A stretch of 59,960 bases of DNA from a virus (Duplodnaviria > Caudoviricetes). The stretch is from positions 1 to 59,960 of the IMG/VR virus record IMGVR_UViG_3300032295_002318; one strand, written 5' to 3'. Both the position numbers and the translations under genes were made by a program. Below are positions 10,303 to 19,463 of this stretch, in pieces; position 1 is the stretch's first letter, and each line of letters starts with the position of its first letter. The notes beneath the pieces are model-generated. The model saw nothing but the letters and a program-made list of their open reading frames with translations. It was not told where the DNA came from and ran no database searches.

Positions 10303-10468
10303 TCATAGCCTCCGTAAATGTTGCGTCCTCAGGATGGTGCAACTGTTGATAGTTTGAAACTCTTTGCCGTAGTACCTCGATCTTCTCTATCGATCCAGGT
10401 GCGGCCCGTGTAGGTGTCGGAAGCTCGGAAGGTTCGAGCAAAGGAAGTTCGTTATCCTGATGATGCAT
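10196..10468 (-). CDS. Small hypothetical protein (PTRAAPGSIEKIEVL...LHHPED)
   Basis: Fills the gap 10303-10451; 3' end overlaps next gene. Confidence 0.45.
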   Translation of the reverse strand: MHHQDNELPLLEPSELPTPTRAAPGSIEKIEVLRQRVSNYQQLHHPEDATFTEAMNAWVENKNSGGCDSRSPERRPRPFLKSVRTSQETL

Positions 10469-10907
10469 TTAGAGCCCTCGCCATCGTAGCGTCAGCAAAA
10501 AGTTCATGAAGCCGATCAACGTAAGAACCTTCGAGCCAAAGGAATGGCCGGGCAGGTATCTTGGCAGTTCCAAACTGTTGATACGGTGCGTAAAAAAGTG
10601 ATGTTCCGATTATTGCTTGATCCCGCGTAAACTCTTCGATTCTTCCGTCCGATCCGCTCTGCGTAACGCTTCGCTTCATCGCGCCGGTAAGGATCAACAG
10701 AGGGTGCGGCCCATGCAAGAGGATTGTATACGGTGAGTGCGGAGGCCATTGCCCGTAGGGTGCCCGCGCGTTGTCAAAGTTCGCGGTGAAGCCCTCATGC
10801 AAAGGGTCGAGCATGGATTGAAAGGTAGGTTCGTGATCCATCGTTTCCAGGCTTGATGCCCAGTCCCGCATGTAATCCACGAAGTCTACCGCCAATGTAT
10901 CTGTCAT
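10452..10907 (-). CDS. Phage virion morphogenesis protein (Mu gpG-like)
   Basis: YAPYQQFGTAKIPARPFL motif; start at MTDTLAV overlaps upstream stop. Confidence 0.75.
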   Translation of the reverse strand: MTDTLAVDFVDYMRDWASSLETMDHEPTFQSMLDPLHEGFTANFDNARAPYGQWPPHSPYTILLHGPHPLLILTGAMKRSVTQSGSDGRIEEFTRDQAIIGTSLFYAPYQQFGTAKIPARPFLWLEGSYVDRLHELFADATMARALNASSG

Positions 10908-11347
10908 TCTTCCTTCGTCGTCTTTCGCACGTAGCAACGCCACTCGGACAAGTCTACCGTTCGCTTGATCGACTTGATAATCCAGTCGGTATCAAACGCG
11001 GTGAATTTATCACCGATTTTCGGTTCAATGATTACCCCAGTTGTATCAACGATCGTCTCCGCCCATACAACCAAGGTCATATCTTCAGGCTCCCAACCGA
11101 AGGTACTTGCAGCGATTGCAATATCCCGTTCAGTTAACGCCGATCGTTTCGCCTTGGAAACGTTTCCACTCACAGTTTGTGACGTGTAACGCTGTGGGCC
11201 GAACGCGAACGTGACGCTTTCGATCCCTTCGAGGAATTGCCAATCCCCTTGGTAATCGACCGACAGCAAGTTCGGAACGGTGCCCTGTCCGGGAGTACCA
11301 CCGCCGGAGCATCCGAAGAAATCGCAGAACGTTGTAACTACGGCCAT
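10904..11347 (-). CDS. Putative head closure/head-tail joining protein
   Basis: PKIGDKF...WIIKSI C-terminus; position. Confidence 0.55.
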   Translation of the reverse strand: MAVVTTFCDFFGCSGGGTPGQGTVPNLLSVDYQGDWQFLEGIESVTFAFGPQRYTSQTVSGNVSKAKRSALTERDIAIAASTFGWEPEDMTLVVWAETIVDTTGVIIEPKIGDKFTAFDTDWIIKSIKRTVDLSEWRCYVRKTTKEE

Positions 11348-12879
11348 TATGATACCTTCGTGATGATGACGTCGATCTGATTCGAAGGGCTGTTCCATCG
11401 CTGGGTGTCACCGTACTTAAACAAGCTCGCCGTTTGCGTTGTGATCGTGTACAACGCGCCGCTGGAAGGCACGACAAGGTTCCCGCTGGAATCGAATCCG
11501 AGGATACCACGGATCGCGGCTTTCTCATTCGTAGTCCAATCAGTACCACCTCCACCGCCGCCTCCAGTGGGTGCATTTTCGAGCGATAGCGTCGTAAGTT
11601 GCCATCCTCCCGCGCCGTCAGCCTCAAGCATGGTTCCTAGCTGGTAAATCACTGATCCGAAGGAATCAGCGACGTATAGGGACTTGAGCCCTACAAGCGG
11701 ATTTCGAACGTTGAAAATCGTGTAAGCCGCTGGAGCTGTCGGAACAACGCACCAAGGCCGATCCAACTCAGCAACCAATGTAGACGGATTGAAACTGACG
11801 ATGAACCGCACTTGGTTATCGCACCTGATCGCCTGACCGACGCAAGCCGTCGTCGTGCCAGTCGCAAGCGTGATCGTGCCTGTTGAGTTTGTCCCCGCGT
11901 TGCTTGCAGCTTGGCAATCTCCATCGAGCAGAACAACCGTCTCGAACAATTGCCGAAGCAACTTGCCGGAAGAATGGTTGATGTTGTGAGTCGCTCCAGT
12001 TAGTAGCTCATCCCAAATCTGCGCCGCTGTCACTGGCGTTAAGCCTGTCTGGTAGGCTCCTACGCTCGAATCCATGCGACCGGAAACCAAAGCCGCTGGT
12101 AATCTACCCTGAATGTCCTGCGTATCTGTTTCAACGTCTGTAGCTGTCTTGATGGTCAAGCCTGACAAGTTCACTACTGCCGTCGGTGATCCAATATTCG
12201 CAAGGTCAATTCCTGCTTCGCCTCCGAGCGAAACATCGAGCGTTCGCCCTGCTACCGTTGGTTGCAAAGGAACAAGCCCAGACTGATATGCACCTACGGA
12301 AACATCCATGCGACCGCCGAGCAATGCCGCTGGTAATCGCGTTTGAATGTCTTGGGTGTCCGTCTCGATATCCGTTGCCGTCTTGATGGTCAGGTTCGAA
12401 AGATTAACTACTGCTGTCGGTGATCCAATGTTGGCTAAGTCGATCCCTGCTTCCCCGCCTGTTGATACGTCAAGCGTTCTGCCCGAGGTCGTTGGCTTAA
12501 GTGCTCCGAATGCGTCGGTCTGGTAATTCACCACGTCGAGTTCGATGAGGATCGCAACCGGAACCATATTCGCCGCGCCATCGATTACTATTTCCACCCA
12601 TCGAGCACCCGCCGCAATCATCGCGTTAGACAAGCCTAGTTCGTAATGACCAGCCGCAATGCTGTCAGCAATGAACCCGCTGTCCGTCCATGATCCAAGC
12701 GTAGCCGGAGCTAAAGTTAGCGTCGTGTGAGTGCTATCACCTTCACGCCTCCAACGAACGCTGAGGCCCGCAGTATTCCAAAGCAAGCCGCTCAAAAGGG
12801 CTCCGGTAGTCGAAGTGCTGTCCTGGACCTTTAGGGGAATTGATCGTTGAGTCTGACCGGCTGTGATCTTAAAAAACAT
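11347..12879 (-). CDS. Virion structural protein with internal 78-aa tandem duplication
   Basis: 510 aa; GRTLDVS.GGEAGIDLANIGSPTAVVNLS occurs twice, 234 bp apart. Confidence 0.65.
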   Translation of the reverse strand: MFFKITAGQTQRSIPLKVQDSTSTTGALLSGLLWNTAGLSVRWRREGDSTHTTLTLAPATLGSWTDSGFIADSIAAGHYELGLSNAMIAAGARWVEIVIDGAANMVPVAILIELDVVNYQTDAFGALKPTTSGRTLDVSTGGEAGIDLANIGSPTAVVNLSNLTIKTATDIETDTQDIQTRLPAALLGGRMDVSVGAYQSGLVPLQPTVAGRTLDVSLGGEAGIDLANIGSPTAVVNLSGLTIKTATDVETDTQDIQGRLPAALVSGRMDSSVGAYQTGLTPVTAAQIWDELLTGATHNINHSSGKLLRQLFETVVLLDGDCQAASNAGTNSTGTITLATGTTTACVGQAIRCDNQVRFIVSFNPSTLVAELDRPWCVVPTAPAAYTIFNVRNPLVGLKSLYVADSFGSVIYQLGTMLEADGAGGWQLTTLSLENAPTGGGGGGGTDWTTNEKAAIRGILGFDSSGNLVVPSSGALYTITTQTASLFKYGDTQRWNSPSNQIDVIITKVS

Positions 12880-13547
12880 CAGTTGAAACCTCCGTTGAAT
12901 CCACCCGGTAAAATCAAGCCACCGCCGCCACCGCTCGCACCGTAAATCGGGGACTCAACCAATGACAACATCAACGAGCGATACAGGGCCGAAGTCGCTA
13001 CCGTTATGTTCGTCGATGCCCATGCCGTTGTTCGACTTGCCTGGAAGCAAACTTGCGACACAAAGTTAGCCGAGTCCGTTGCTGATTGTTCAACGGTCAG
13101 TCCGGATGGAGCTGTTAGCGTGTTGCCGCTGTTTCGACTCGCCGCCCAACTCACCAAGGCTTGATCCGCTGCACCGGACTGAAAAGTACCAGCGACCTGC
13201 GCCGCAAAGTTAATCGTTGCGGATGTACCTGTATTCGTCGAAACGTAGTTAGGGTAAACGAGCGTATTCGCACCTGCGGAAATCGAAAGCATGAACAGTT
13301 GATCTGCATTCGTCCAAGTGCCGCTAGTCTCACTCGATGATTGAGCGTATTTGTAGCCGACGCGAAGATATCCGGCACTTCCTAACGCCGCAAAGTACCG
13401 ATCAATCCAGCCGCTAGGCAATGTTACCGCTGTCGATGCCCCGTCGTTGTACGCAAGGCACAAAAGCAAGTTCCCTGCCGAGTGCGTTGGCATCGTGGTA
13501 ATACTGCTTGCCAGCTCTGAGGTACTTCCGACAATGCTTATTGTCAC
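12879..13547 (-). CDS. Ser/Thr/Ala-rich virion protein
   Basis: GTG start overlaps upstream TGA; Gly-rich C-terminal linker. Confidence 0.55.
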   Translation of the reverse strand: MTISIVGSTSELASSITTMPTHSAGNLLLCLAYNDGASTAVTLPSGWIDRYFAALGSAGYLRVGYKYAQSSSETSGTWTNADQLFMLSISAGANTLVYPNYVSTNTGTSATINFAAQVAGTFQSGAADQALVSWAASRNSGNTLTAPSGLTVEQSATDSANFVSQVCFQASRTTAWASTNITVATSALYRSLMLSLVESPIYGASGGGGGLILPGGFNGGFN

Positions 13548-14041
13548 AACTGAGGCTCCGTAGCGGGATTTCCGTCCCATTGATCGATCGCGGTACAGTA
13601 GGCATTGTACCGGTCACGCCCCGCTTGTCGCTTCTCGAGCTGCAACGTTTTCAGCTTGCAAAGATTGAACGCTGCAACGATTTGATCCGTTGTCACCGTC
13701 AGCTTGTTGGCCTGTAACGCGGAAATCTTTCGCCGACCGTATCGAGCGATTTGTACCGCGTCAACGTCTTGAGTCTCGAGTAGGCTTGCGTTGAAAACCG
13801 GATCTCCGATCGGCAAGCCTAGCACCTGCGATTCCGCGACCCAAGCAAGGCCCATCATGCGGCATCGATCGAGGAAAGGTTGAACCCGATCCGTACCGAT
13901 GATGAGCGCGAGCCCATAGCCGGTGAACCTCTCAGACTCCGCGAAATCAATATTCGCAGCATTGAGAATTTCCACGATTTCGCTAGACGTCTTGTCTCGC
14001 CAATTTGGTATGTCGAAAATCAAATCAGTAAGCGACGCCAT
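13544..14041 (-). CDS. Hypothetical protein
   Basis: Start MASLTDL just after desaturase stop. Confidence 0.6.
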   Translation of the reverse strand: MASLTDLIFDIPNWRDKTSSEIVEILNAANIDFAESERFTGYGLALIIGTDRVQPFLDRCRMMGLAWVAESQVLGLPIGDPVFNASLLETQDVDAVQIARYGRRKISALQANKLTVTTDQIVAAFNLCKLKTLQLEKRQAGRDRYNAYCTAIDQWDGNPATEPQL

Positions 14042-14049
14042 GGAATTCC

Positions 14050-14574
14050 TCAGTGCTTCACTCGCAAGCCTAGCCCACGTAAGGCGAACTCGCACAACCT
14101 CCAAAAACTTACCGCGTCCAACAATGGATTGAGCAGGTTACTCATAACGCAGTATCGAATCTCGAATGGGGCTTTGTGGTGCTTGCCGTGATGTTTCGCC
14201 GACTGTAGCAAGCCGGTTTCCTGCAATGCCTCAATGAGCCCGTTTACCTTGCCCTTCGAATGAGCCCATGCGTGTACCTCGTTCGCTTGACTGAGGAACG
14301 CGAAGGTCAGCCATGCGTCACGCCATGCCGGTACAAAGAGGCAAGTAACGCAAGCCGTCATCGAAGGAATGATCGTCGTGTAATTGCGGTGCCAGTAGCT
14401 CCCAGCTAGCAGGCCCAAGGGGTTTGCATGGTGCTCTTTATTCGGCCCGCCAATCAGCGCGCCTACGAAGGGGGTATCGGCATCCCAGTACCGATCCTCA
14501 AACCAATGAAACACTCCGGCGATGAAATCTGCCGCGAGCCAACTGAGTAATATCCAACCGATCCAATCGGTCAT
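14050..14574 (-). CDS. CarF/TMEM189 (PEDS1/FAD4, Kua) family membrane lipid desaturase
   Basis: ADFIAGVFHWFEDRY, EHHANP, NEVHAWAH, HHGKHH, YCVMS His boxes; TM segments; ATG overlaps upstream stop. Confidence 0.85.
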   Translation of the reverse strand: MTDWIGWILLSWLAADFIAGVFHWFEDRYWDADTPFVGALIGGPNKEHHANPLGLLAGSYWHRNYTTIIPSMTACVTCLFVPAWRDAWLTFAFLSQANEVHAWAHSKGKVNGLIEALQETGLLQSAKHHGKHHKAPFEIRYCVMSNLLNPLLDAVSFWRLCEFALRGLGLRVKH

Positions 14575-15011
14575 TTGATTGCCGCCTCTGCACTGTCGAG
14601 GGAAAGATAGCCGACGATGACAACCCGCTTGCCACCGCTTGTGAGTTCGAATGTAGGTCCCCTGGTATAGCCATGGTTCGGCTTGTCGCAAATCACAACG
14701 TCCCAGTCCGCATCGTGGAAACGTTTCCACTCTTGATCGATCCACTGCTTACACGGAGGGCAATTAGGAAGGGTGCAAATGACGATTTCCTTCGTTGCTT
14801 CTGCCTTGCTGAATTGCTTGGCCTTTCGCTCGGCTAGCATCGCCTCATAGTCAGCTTTGATCTGATCGATGAGGTCTGATGATGACTGATTCGGTTGAGG
14901 CTTTTCGGTGGAAACGTTTCCAGCCTTCGTCAGCAATTCATAGCCGAGAGAACCGATGACCACGCCGAAAATCAACGCCAATAGCAACGAACCAAGGGAA
15001 GGTGATCGCAT
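14571..15011 (-). CDS. Membrane-anchored thioredoxin/glutaredoxin-fold protein
   Basis: N-terminal TM helix; VICTLPNCPPCKQW; GPTF cis-Pro-like loop; VIVGY. Confidence 0.7.
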   Translation of the reverse strand: MRSPSLGSLLLALIFGVVIGSLGYELLTKAGNVSTEKPQPNQSSSDLIDQIKADYEAMLAERKAKQFSKAEATKEIVICTLPNCPPCKQWIDQEWKRFHDADWDVVICDKPNHGYTRGPTFELTSGGKRVVIVGYLSLDSAEAAIK

Positions 15012-15018
15012 TGAAAAA

Positions 15019-15372
15019 CTACCTGATTGATCGGAAGTGAAGGGTAAATGTAATCGCACCCGTTTGAGCTGTCGCAGCCTTGAGCCGCAGCTTGGCACTA
15101 TAGCCACGAGCCGACGAAAGAAACACGTTCGAGTTGATCGGAACGTATCGCTTGGTGCTACTGAGCGCCGTCGTATGGGCTGTGGTCGAATCAAGCTGGT
15201 AAACAGTCAGCCAATTCACGCCGTCGAACTGGATTTCGTATCCGACGTTCGCACCGTCGAAGCCGTCTGTATTGGTCGAGATGGCGCAGAGGACTTCACC
15301 CTCTGGAATCACAACGTCACTTGACTCTTGAACTCCGTCGGGAATGGTAACCGTCAGCTTGTCTTGTCTCAT
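15019..15372 (-). CDS. Small beta-rich virion protein
   Basis: 117 aa, coupled to neighbours. Confidence 0.5.
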   Translation of the reverse strand: MRQDKLTVTIPDGVQESSDVVIPEGEVLCAISTNTDGFDGANVGYEIQFDGVNWLTVYQLDSTTAHTTALSSTKRYVPINSNVFLSSARGYSAKLRLKAATAQTGAITFTLHFRSIR

Positions 15373-15632
15373 GAATACACCTGTGATTCGATTTCCCAGC
15401 TACCGTCCTCATCATCCAACGCGGCCTGAACTTCGGCCTCTCGCAGAATGGCCTCGTCGAGCATCTTGAGTTCTTCTAGCAACGATTTGCGGTATCCAAC
15501 ATGGTCAACGGTTGTTCCGCCGTCGCTCGTGTTGGCGTTCGGCTTACCGCCTGCCCCGCTCGTTACCGTCATCGCGGCAAGCTGTGAAGCTACATAAGCC
15601 CGCCGCGTTTTAAGATCATCTAAGACGCTCAT
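15369..15632 (-). CDS. Putative head completion/adaptor (gpW-like)
   Basis: 87 aa helix-hairpin-helix pattern (KPNANTSDGGTTVD...YRKSL); position. Confidence 0.5.
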   Translation of the reverse strand: MSVLDDLKTRRAYVASQLAAMTVTSGAGGKPNANTSDGGTTVDHVGYRKSLLEELKMLDEAILREAEVQAALDDEDGSWEIESQVYS

Positions 15633-15650
15633 AATTACCCTCTGCGAAGT

Positions 15651-15673
15651 ATCCTACCTGAGCTATGCTCACT
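15651..15673 (-). promoter_or_regulatory. Putative late promoter AGTGAGCA-N9-TAGGAT
   Basis: Motif copy upstream of 15632. Confidence 0.65.
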
Positions 15674-16170
15674 CAGTACCCGGCGCGTCGCATGTCCTCA
15701 GCGTCGAGCATTTCTTGCTCGCTTGGGCTCAGCATGTTTCCACGCTCTGCCTTCGCTCGTAGCGATGCAATCATCAGTACGTGCTTGCGTCTCTCATCGC
15801 GCCGAGCATCCTTGCAGATTGCCCGCAATGGGTGCTTCACCGGGTCAACCTGCTTACCGGCATTCTCCGGGCTTTGAGTGGTGACGATATACCATCGGAT
15901 CGCTTCCGCCTCGTCGCAGCACTTGATGGTTTTCTTCGGCAACGGCGAGTCATTCTTGATCGGACTGACTTCGAACTCATAGCCTTCGCCAATGCAAACC
16001 GCTTCGGAAGGTCTGATCGGTCGAACCGCTGAGGAATCCTCTTGGTTCTTGATCAAGTCCTCACGCTTGGCAATCTCTGCTTCACGCTCACGAAGTCTTG
16101 CTTCGGCTTGCTCAAGCTGTGCAATTCTTTCTTCGACGGTCAGCCCAGCATCTTTGGTATCTTTCGCCAC
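15673..16170 (-). CDS. Hypothetical protein
   Basis: 165 aa with GGAG RBS. Confidence 0.6.
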   Translation of the reverse strand: MAKDTKDAGLTVEERIAQLEQAEARLREREAEIAKREDLIKNQEDSSAVRPIRPSEAVCIGEGYEFEVSPIKNDSPLPKKTIKCCDEAEAIRWYIVTTQSPENAGKQVDPVKHPLRAICKDARRDERRKHVLMIASLRAKAERGNMLSPSEQEMLDAEDMRRAGY

Positions 16171-16244
16171 TTCTCACACTCCTGGAAACAAAGGGAAAAA
16201 ACGCAACGTTGCGAATATAGCACAGTGTACCACCGATGGAAATA

Positions 16245-16277
16245 AAAACAAAAACGGCCCAGGTTTCCCCAGGCCGT
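16245..16277 (-). terminator. Intrinsic terminator after major capsid gene
   Basis: ACGGCCTGGG-GAAA-CCTGGGCCGT then TTTTGTTTTT. Confidence 0.75.
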
Positions 16278-16318
16278 CTTCGCTTCCCTTCCCCTCCGTC
16301 AGAGTGGTCGAGCTTGTC

Positions 16319-17476
16319 TTAGGTGTTCTTGGTCATCTTGAGCCGTTCGCGAACCGCAGCCGCTCCACGCTCGGAAGCCTTGAAGCGAACAACGATATCG
16401 CGGGTAAATCCGACTTCGCTGTTCTCGTCACTTTGGGTGACGGTCAAAGGCCAGTTTTGCATGTAGACGAACGCCTCACGCGGAGCACCTGCAAACCACG
16501 TCGCATCGGAGCTGGTACGTTGCTTGACGTACTGCCCGGAGACAACGCGGGGAGCACCCTGAACGCTGTTGCCGTTGACGTACGTTTGGTTGTTGCCGGT
16601 GTTGCTTCCCTGGCGAGTCATCGAAGCGTTGATGATTCGATTCGCTAGAACTTCCAAGGCTTTCGGTACCAAGATGGTATCGATCGTGATCGCAATCGGT
16701 TCGCCGGTCACAGGGTCAACCATGCCATTGAACTTCTGAGCCGCAGCATCGATCGAAGTCCAGTCAGCAAGCGTGTTGCTCAACTGGTTATCCGAAGCGT
16801 AGGTTGCTGTGGCCGCTTGCCCGTTACGTCGATACACAGTCGAGATACCGGTTACGACGTCAAGGATTCGCTTTTCGCGGTTAACGCCGACGCGCTCACC
16901 AACGCGATTGCATTCGCTCAACAGCACTCCCGTTCGGTCGAAGTAAATCGCCTCGCGGGTCACGTTGAGGATCAAACCACGCTTGATCGTTTCCGGCGTG
17001 TCAACGTACTCTTCACCGAGTACCGCGTTCGGGTATTCCTGACCTTCGTTCACGACGTCAAGGTCATCGCCCAAGCGACCAACGCCGGGGATTCGCTCAC
17101 CGCTGAACTGAGTCTGGATCACTTCGACCAACTGTTCACCGACCAACCCAGGCTGATTGAAGCCGTTGAGGGTCTGCGTGTACATGATCTGCCCGATGAT
17201 GTTGGCGAACATCGACGTATCGACCAACTCAGCCGATTCTTGAATCTGGTATCCACCCCCGGACGAAGGGCGAAGCAGGTTAGCAGCTTCGCGTCCATCG
17301 GGTACGAATTGCTCGAAGAGTTGACGAACTGACCAGCGTGAAGCTAGGTCGTTCGCGTCACCCTTGAGCGACTCTTGGAAGTCAGTCATGAATCGATCGA
17401 ATTGCCGATCGCGTGAAGCTGCCTCGTACAACCGTCGCAGTTCCTGGTGACGACGGGTCTTTGCGTCTAATCGCAT
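16319..17476 (-). CDS. Major capsid protein (HK97 fold)
   Basis: About 385 aa after protease and decoration genes; VNEGQEYP, KRGLILNVTREAI, ILVPKALE; followed by terminator. Confidence 0.8.
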   Translation of the reverse strand: MRLDAKTRRHQELRRLYEAASRDRQFDRFMTDFQESLKGDANDLASRWSVRQLFEQFVPDGREAANLLRPSSGGGYQIQESAELVDTSMFANIIGQIMYTQTLNGFNQPGLVGEQLVEVIQTQFSGERIPGVGRLGDDLDVVNEGQEYPNAVLGEEYVDTPETIKRGLILNVTREAIYFDRTGVLLSECNRVGERVGVNREKRILDVVTGISTVYRRNGQAATATYASDNQLSNTLADWTSIDAAAQKFNGMVDPVTGEPIAITIDTILVPKALEVLANRIINASMTRQGSNTGNNQTYVNGNSVQGAPRVVSGQYVKQRTSSDATWFAGAPREAFVYMQNWPLTVTQSDENSEVGFTRDIVVRFKASERGAAAVRERLKMTKNT

Positions 17477-17543
17477 CGTTCTATCCCATTTACAAAGTGA
17501 AACTATCCGCCGCCCCAAGCAACCGCGCTAGGGCTCCATCCGA

Positions 17544-18260
17544 CTAACGAGCTTGGTAACACGAAACGGCATCAGCAAGCAGGGTTTGCTGGTTTGCCGA
17601 TCCGTTCTTCACGCCGATCATTACCGAGGTTTCGGTAGCGTTCGCGTAGGTTCGGTCGAGCATCTTGTAGACGGTCGAACCGTTGATTTTGAAAATAACA
17701 TCACAAAGGGCCGAAGTCTTTGGAATGATCTCAACTTCGAGCAACTGGAATGCAGCTGATGCCGCAAGGTTTGCCTGCTTGTTGAGGCTGTTCGTCGCGG
17801 TCAGTTCAGCGATGGTCTGAGTCGATCCGTCAGAGTAGATGACGAACATGCTCGTCGATCCATCCTTGGCAAAGAACCCGGCACCGCTGAAGCTTGCCTT
17901 CGGCCCCGCTCCGTTGTCTTGGATCGCATTCGCTGCAACGGCATCCATCAAGCCGACGTAGATGTTCGCGGCATTGGTTGCGGCCTGAGCGAACTGGATC
18001 AGCGAAGCAAACTCGATAGGCTTGCCCGCAGCAATCTTGTAAATCTCTTTCGTCGAGATGTACGCCTCGTCGTTGTCTGCGACCGTTCCGTCAGACGGGC
18101 TCAAGGTCACAACGCCTCCGACGGCATCGCCTACCGCAGCCGTACCGGTATCGGTAAGGGTCGAAGTCCAACGGGCTGAATTCAATCCGTCGAAGTCATC
18201 AGCGAAGCCCGAAGTCTTTGGCAACTTCAATGCCGCGTCAGGTAGTAGTAATCCCTTCAT
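17544..18260 (-). CDS. Putative capsid decoration protein
   Basis: 238 aa between protease and MCP. Confidence 0.5.
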   Translation of the reverse strand: MKGLLLPDAALKLPKTSGFADDFDGLNSARWTSTLTDTGTAAVGDAVGGVVTLSPSDGTVADNDEAYISTKEIYKIAAGKPIEFASLIQFAQAATNAANIYVGLMDAVAANAIQDNGAGPKASFSGAGFFAKDGSTSMFVIYSDGSTQTIAELTATNSLNKQANLAASAAFQLLEVEIIPKTSALCDVIFKINGSTVYKMLDRTYANATETSVMIGVKNGSANQQTLLADAVSCYQAR

Positions 18261-18338
18261 CTGCTCATCCTCTTATTAGGTGGAGTAACCAACAATCAAA
18301 AAAACCGCACACCAACAAAAATACAGGCGAAAGAGCTA

Positions 18339-19460
18339 CTAGCCCAAAAGCCGCTTGAACTCGTCTGAGCTGCTTGGATACGCTCCCGCAGCCGATTCCG
18401 TCATAACCGATCCGGTACGCTCTGGACGCTTGCCGCTGGAAACGTTTCCACTTTTCCAGGTCTTCACAAGCTCGGCCCGGTCTGATTCTTGCAAGGCCAT
18501 CAACGCCTTAATCCGCACTTCGTTGACCTCAATCGAGGACTCAACCAAGAGGGTCTTGCATGCGCTTCGATCCAAGTCACTCTTGAGCTTGGCAACTTCC
18601 TTCATCAGTTCGGATTCACGAAGATTTGCAGCATTGCGTTTTTCTGACTCTTCCATCTTGGACTTATCTTCGCCCTCAGTGGTTGCGGTCGAAGTCTTGC
18701 CCATGGCCTCATCTGCCTTGTCCTTCGCTTCCATGATCGCCTTGATCTTCGCAAGCTTGCCTGCGGTGTCCAAGGTCGAGTCATCGAGGACCTGCATCAT
18801 TGCCATCTTGAACGCTGCGCCGATGGAATCGTCTTCTCCACCGGAGTACTCAACGTCCATTTCTTGCATGTCTGGATAAGCGGTCATCGCGCCTTCCATT
18901 GCTCGTTTAACTTCGCCTTCGCCGCAAGATTCGAGGATTGCCTTAAACTTCTTTTTCATCGCTTGGTTCCTGTTGTGACTTTCAAACAAACCGTTATTCG
19001 TGGCTGGATCGGCCACAACATCGACCGACCGTACGTCCATCAATTCGACCACCCGACGCTGACCGTCAATCATCTGCTCGTCACCTGCTGCATCGTGTGA
19101 CAAGCCGAATGTATCGGGGAATCGTTCCGCTGCTTCGATGAGTTGAGGCGTCATCGGATGGTTCTTGAGGTAGTGCAAGTCTGCATACAATGCCCCCTCG
19201 ATCATTCGAGCGTTGCGAAGTACTCCCCATCGATCCTGAATCGGTCTGTCTTGCTGTACCCGGTTCGATGGGTCGAGCTTCTGGTGATTCAGATTGACGG
19301 TGACTCCCTCGTAAAGCGGCAAGGCTTTCTCGATTGCAGCCGCCTCGTAGACGCGACCGTTGCGCGATTGCTGACCGAGTACCTTGACGCCGTAAATGAT
19401 TCCGGCCTCTTGGTCGATCCGCTCAAAACCTCGTTGGGACTCACGTATGAACTTGCTCAT
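18339..19460 (-). CDS. Prohead protease/scaffold
   Basis: SRNGRVY, NLNH, FGLSHDA, SVDVVADPAT; charged helical C-terminus. Confidence 0.85.
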   Translation of the reverse strand: MSKFIRESQRGFERIDQEAGIIYGVKVLGQQSRNGRVYEAAAIEKALPLYEGVTVNLNHQKLDPSNRVQQDRPIQDRWGVLRNARMIEGALYADLHYLKNHPMTPQLIEAAERFPDTFGLSHDAAGDEQMIDGQRRVVELMDVRSVDVVADPATNNGLFESHNRNQAMKKKFKAILESCGEGEVKRAMEGAMTAYPDMQEMDVEYSGGEDDSIGAAFKMAMMQVLDDSTLDTAGKLAKIKAIMEAKDKADEAMGKTSTATTEGEDKSKMEESEKRNAANLRESELMKEVAKLKSDLDRSACKTLLVESSIEVNEVRIKALMALQESDRAELVKTWKSGNVSSGKRPERTGSVMTESAAGAYPSSSDEFKRLLG

Positions 19461-19463
19461 GGT

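Noticed and set aside
12040-12505. Diversity-generating retroelement TR/VR pair
   Set aside because: Both copies are in frame in one gene, differences are mostly synonymous rather than adenine-specific, and no reverse transcriptase is present
14575-14745. N-terminal extensions given by the ORF track (desaturase, thioredoxin, MCP, RusA, Mom, Erv-GT, AAA)
   Set aside because: They overlap upstream genes; downstream starts coupled to upstream stops or RBSs fit better
15992-16648. Long + strand ORFs (e.g. 15992, 18355, 29060, 40888, 45908)
   Set aside because: Antisense shadows of well-supported - strand genes, with no recognisable motifs
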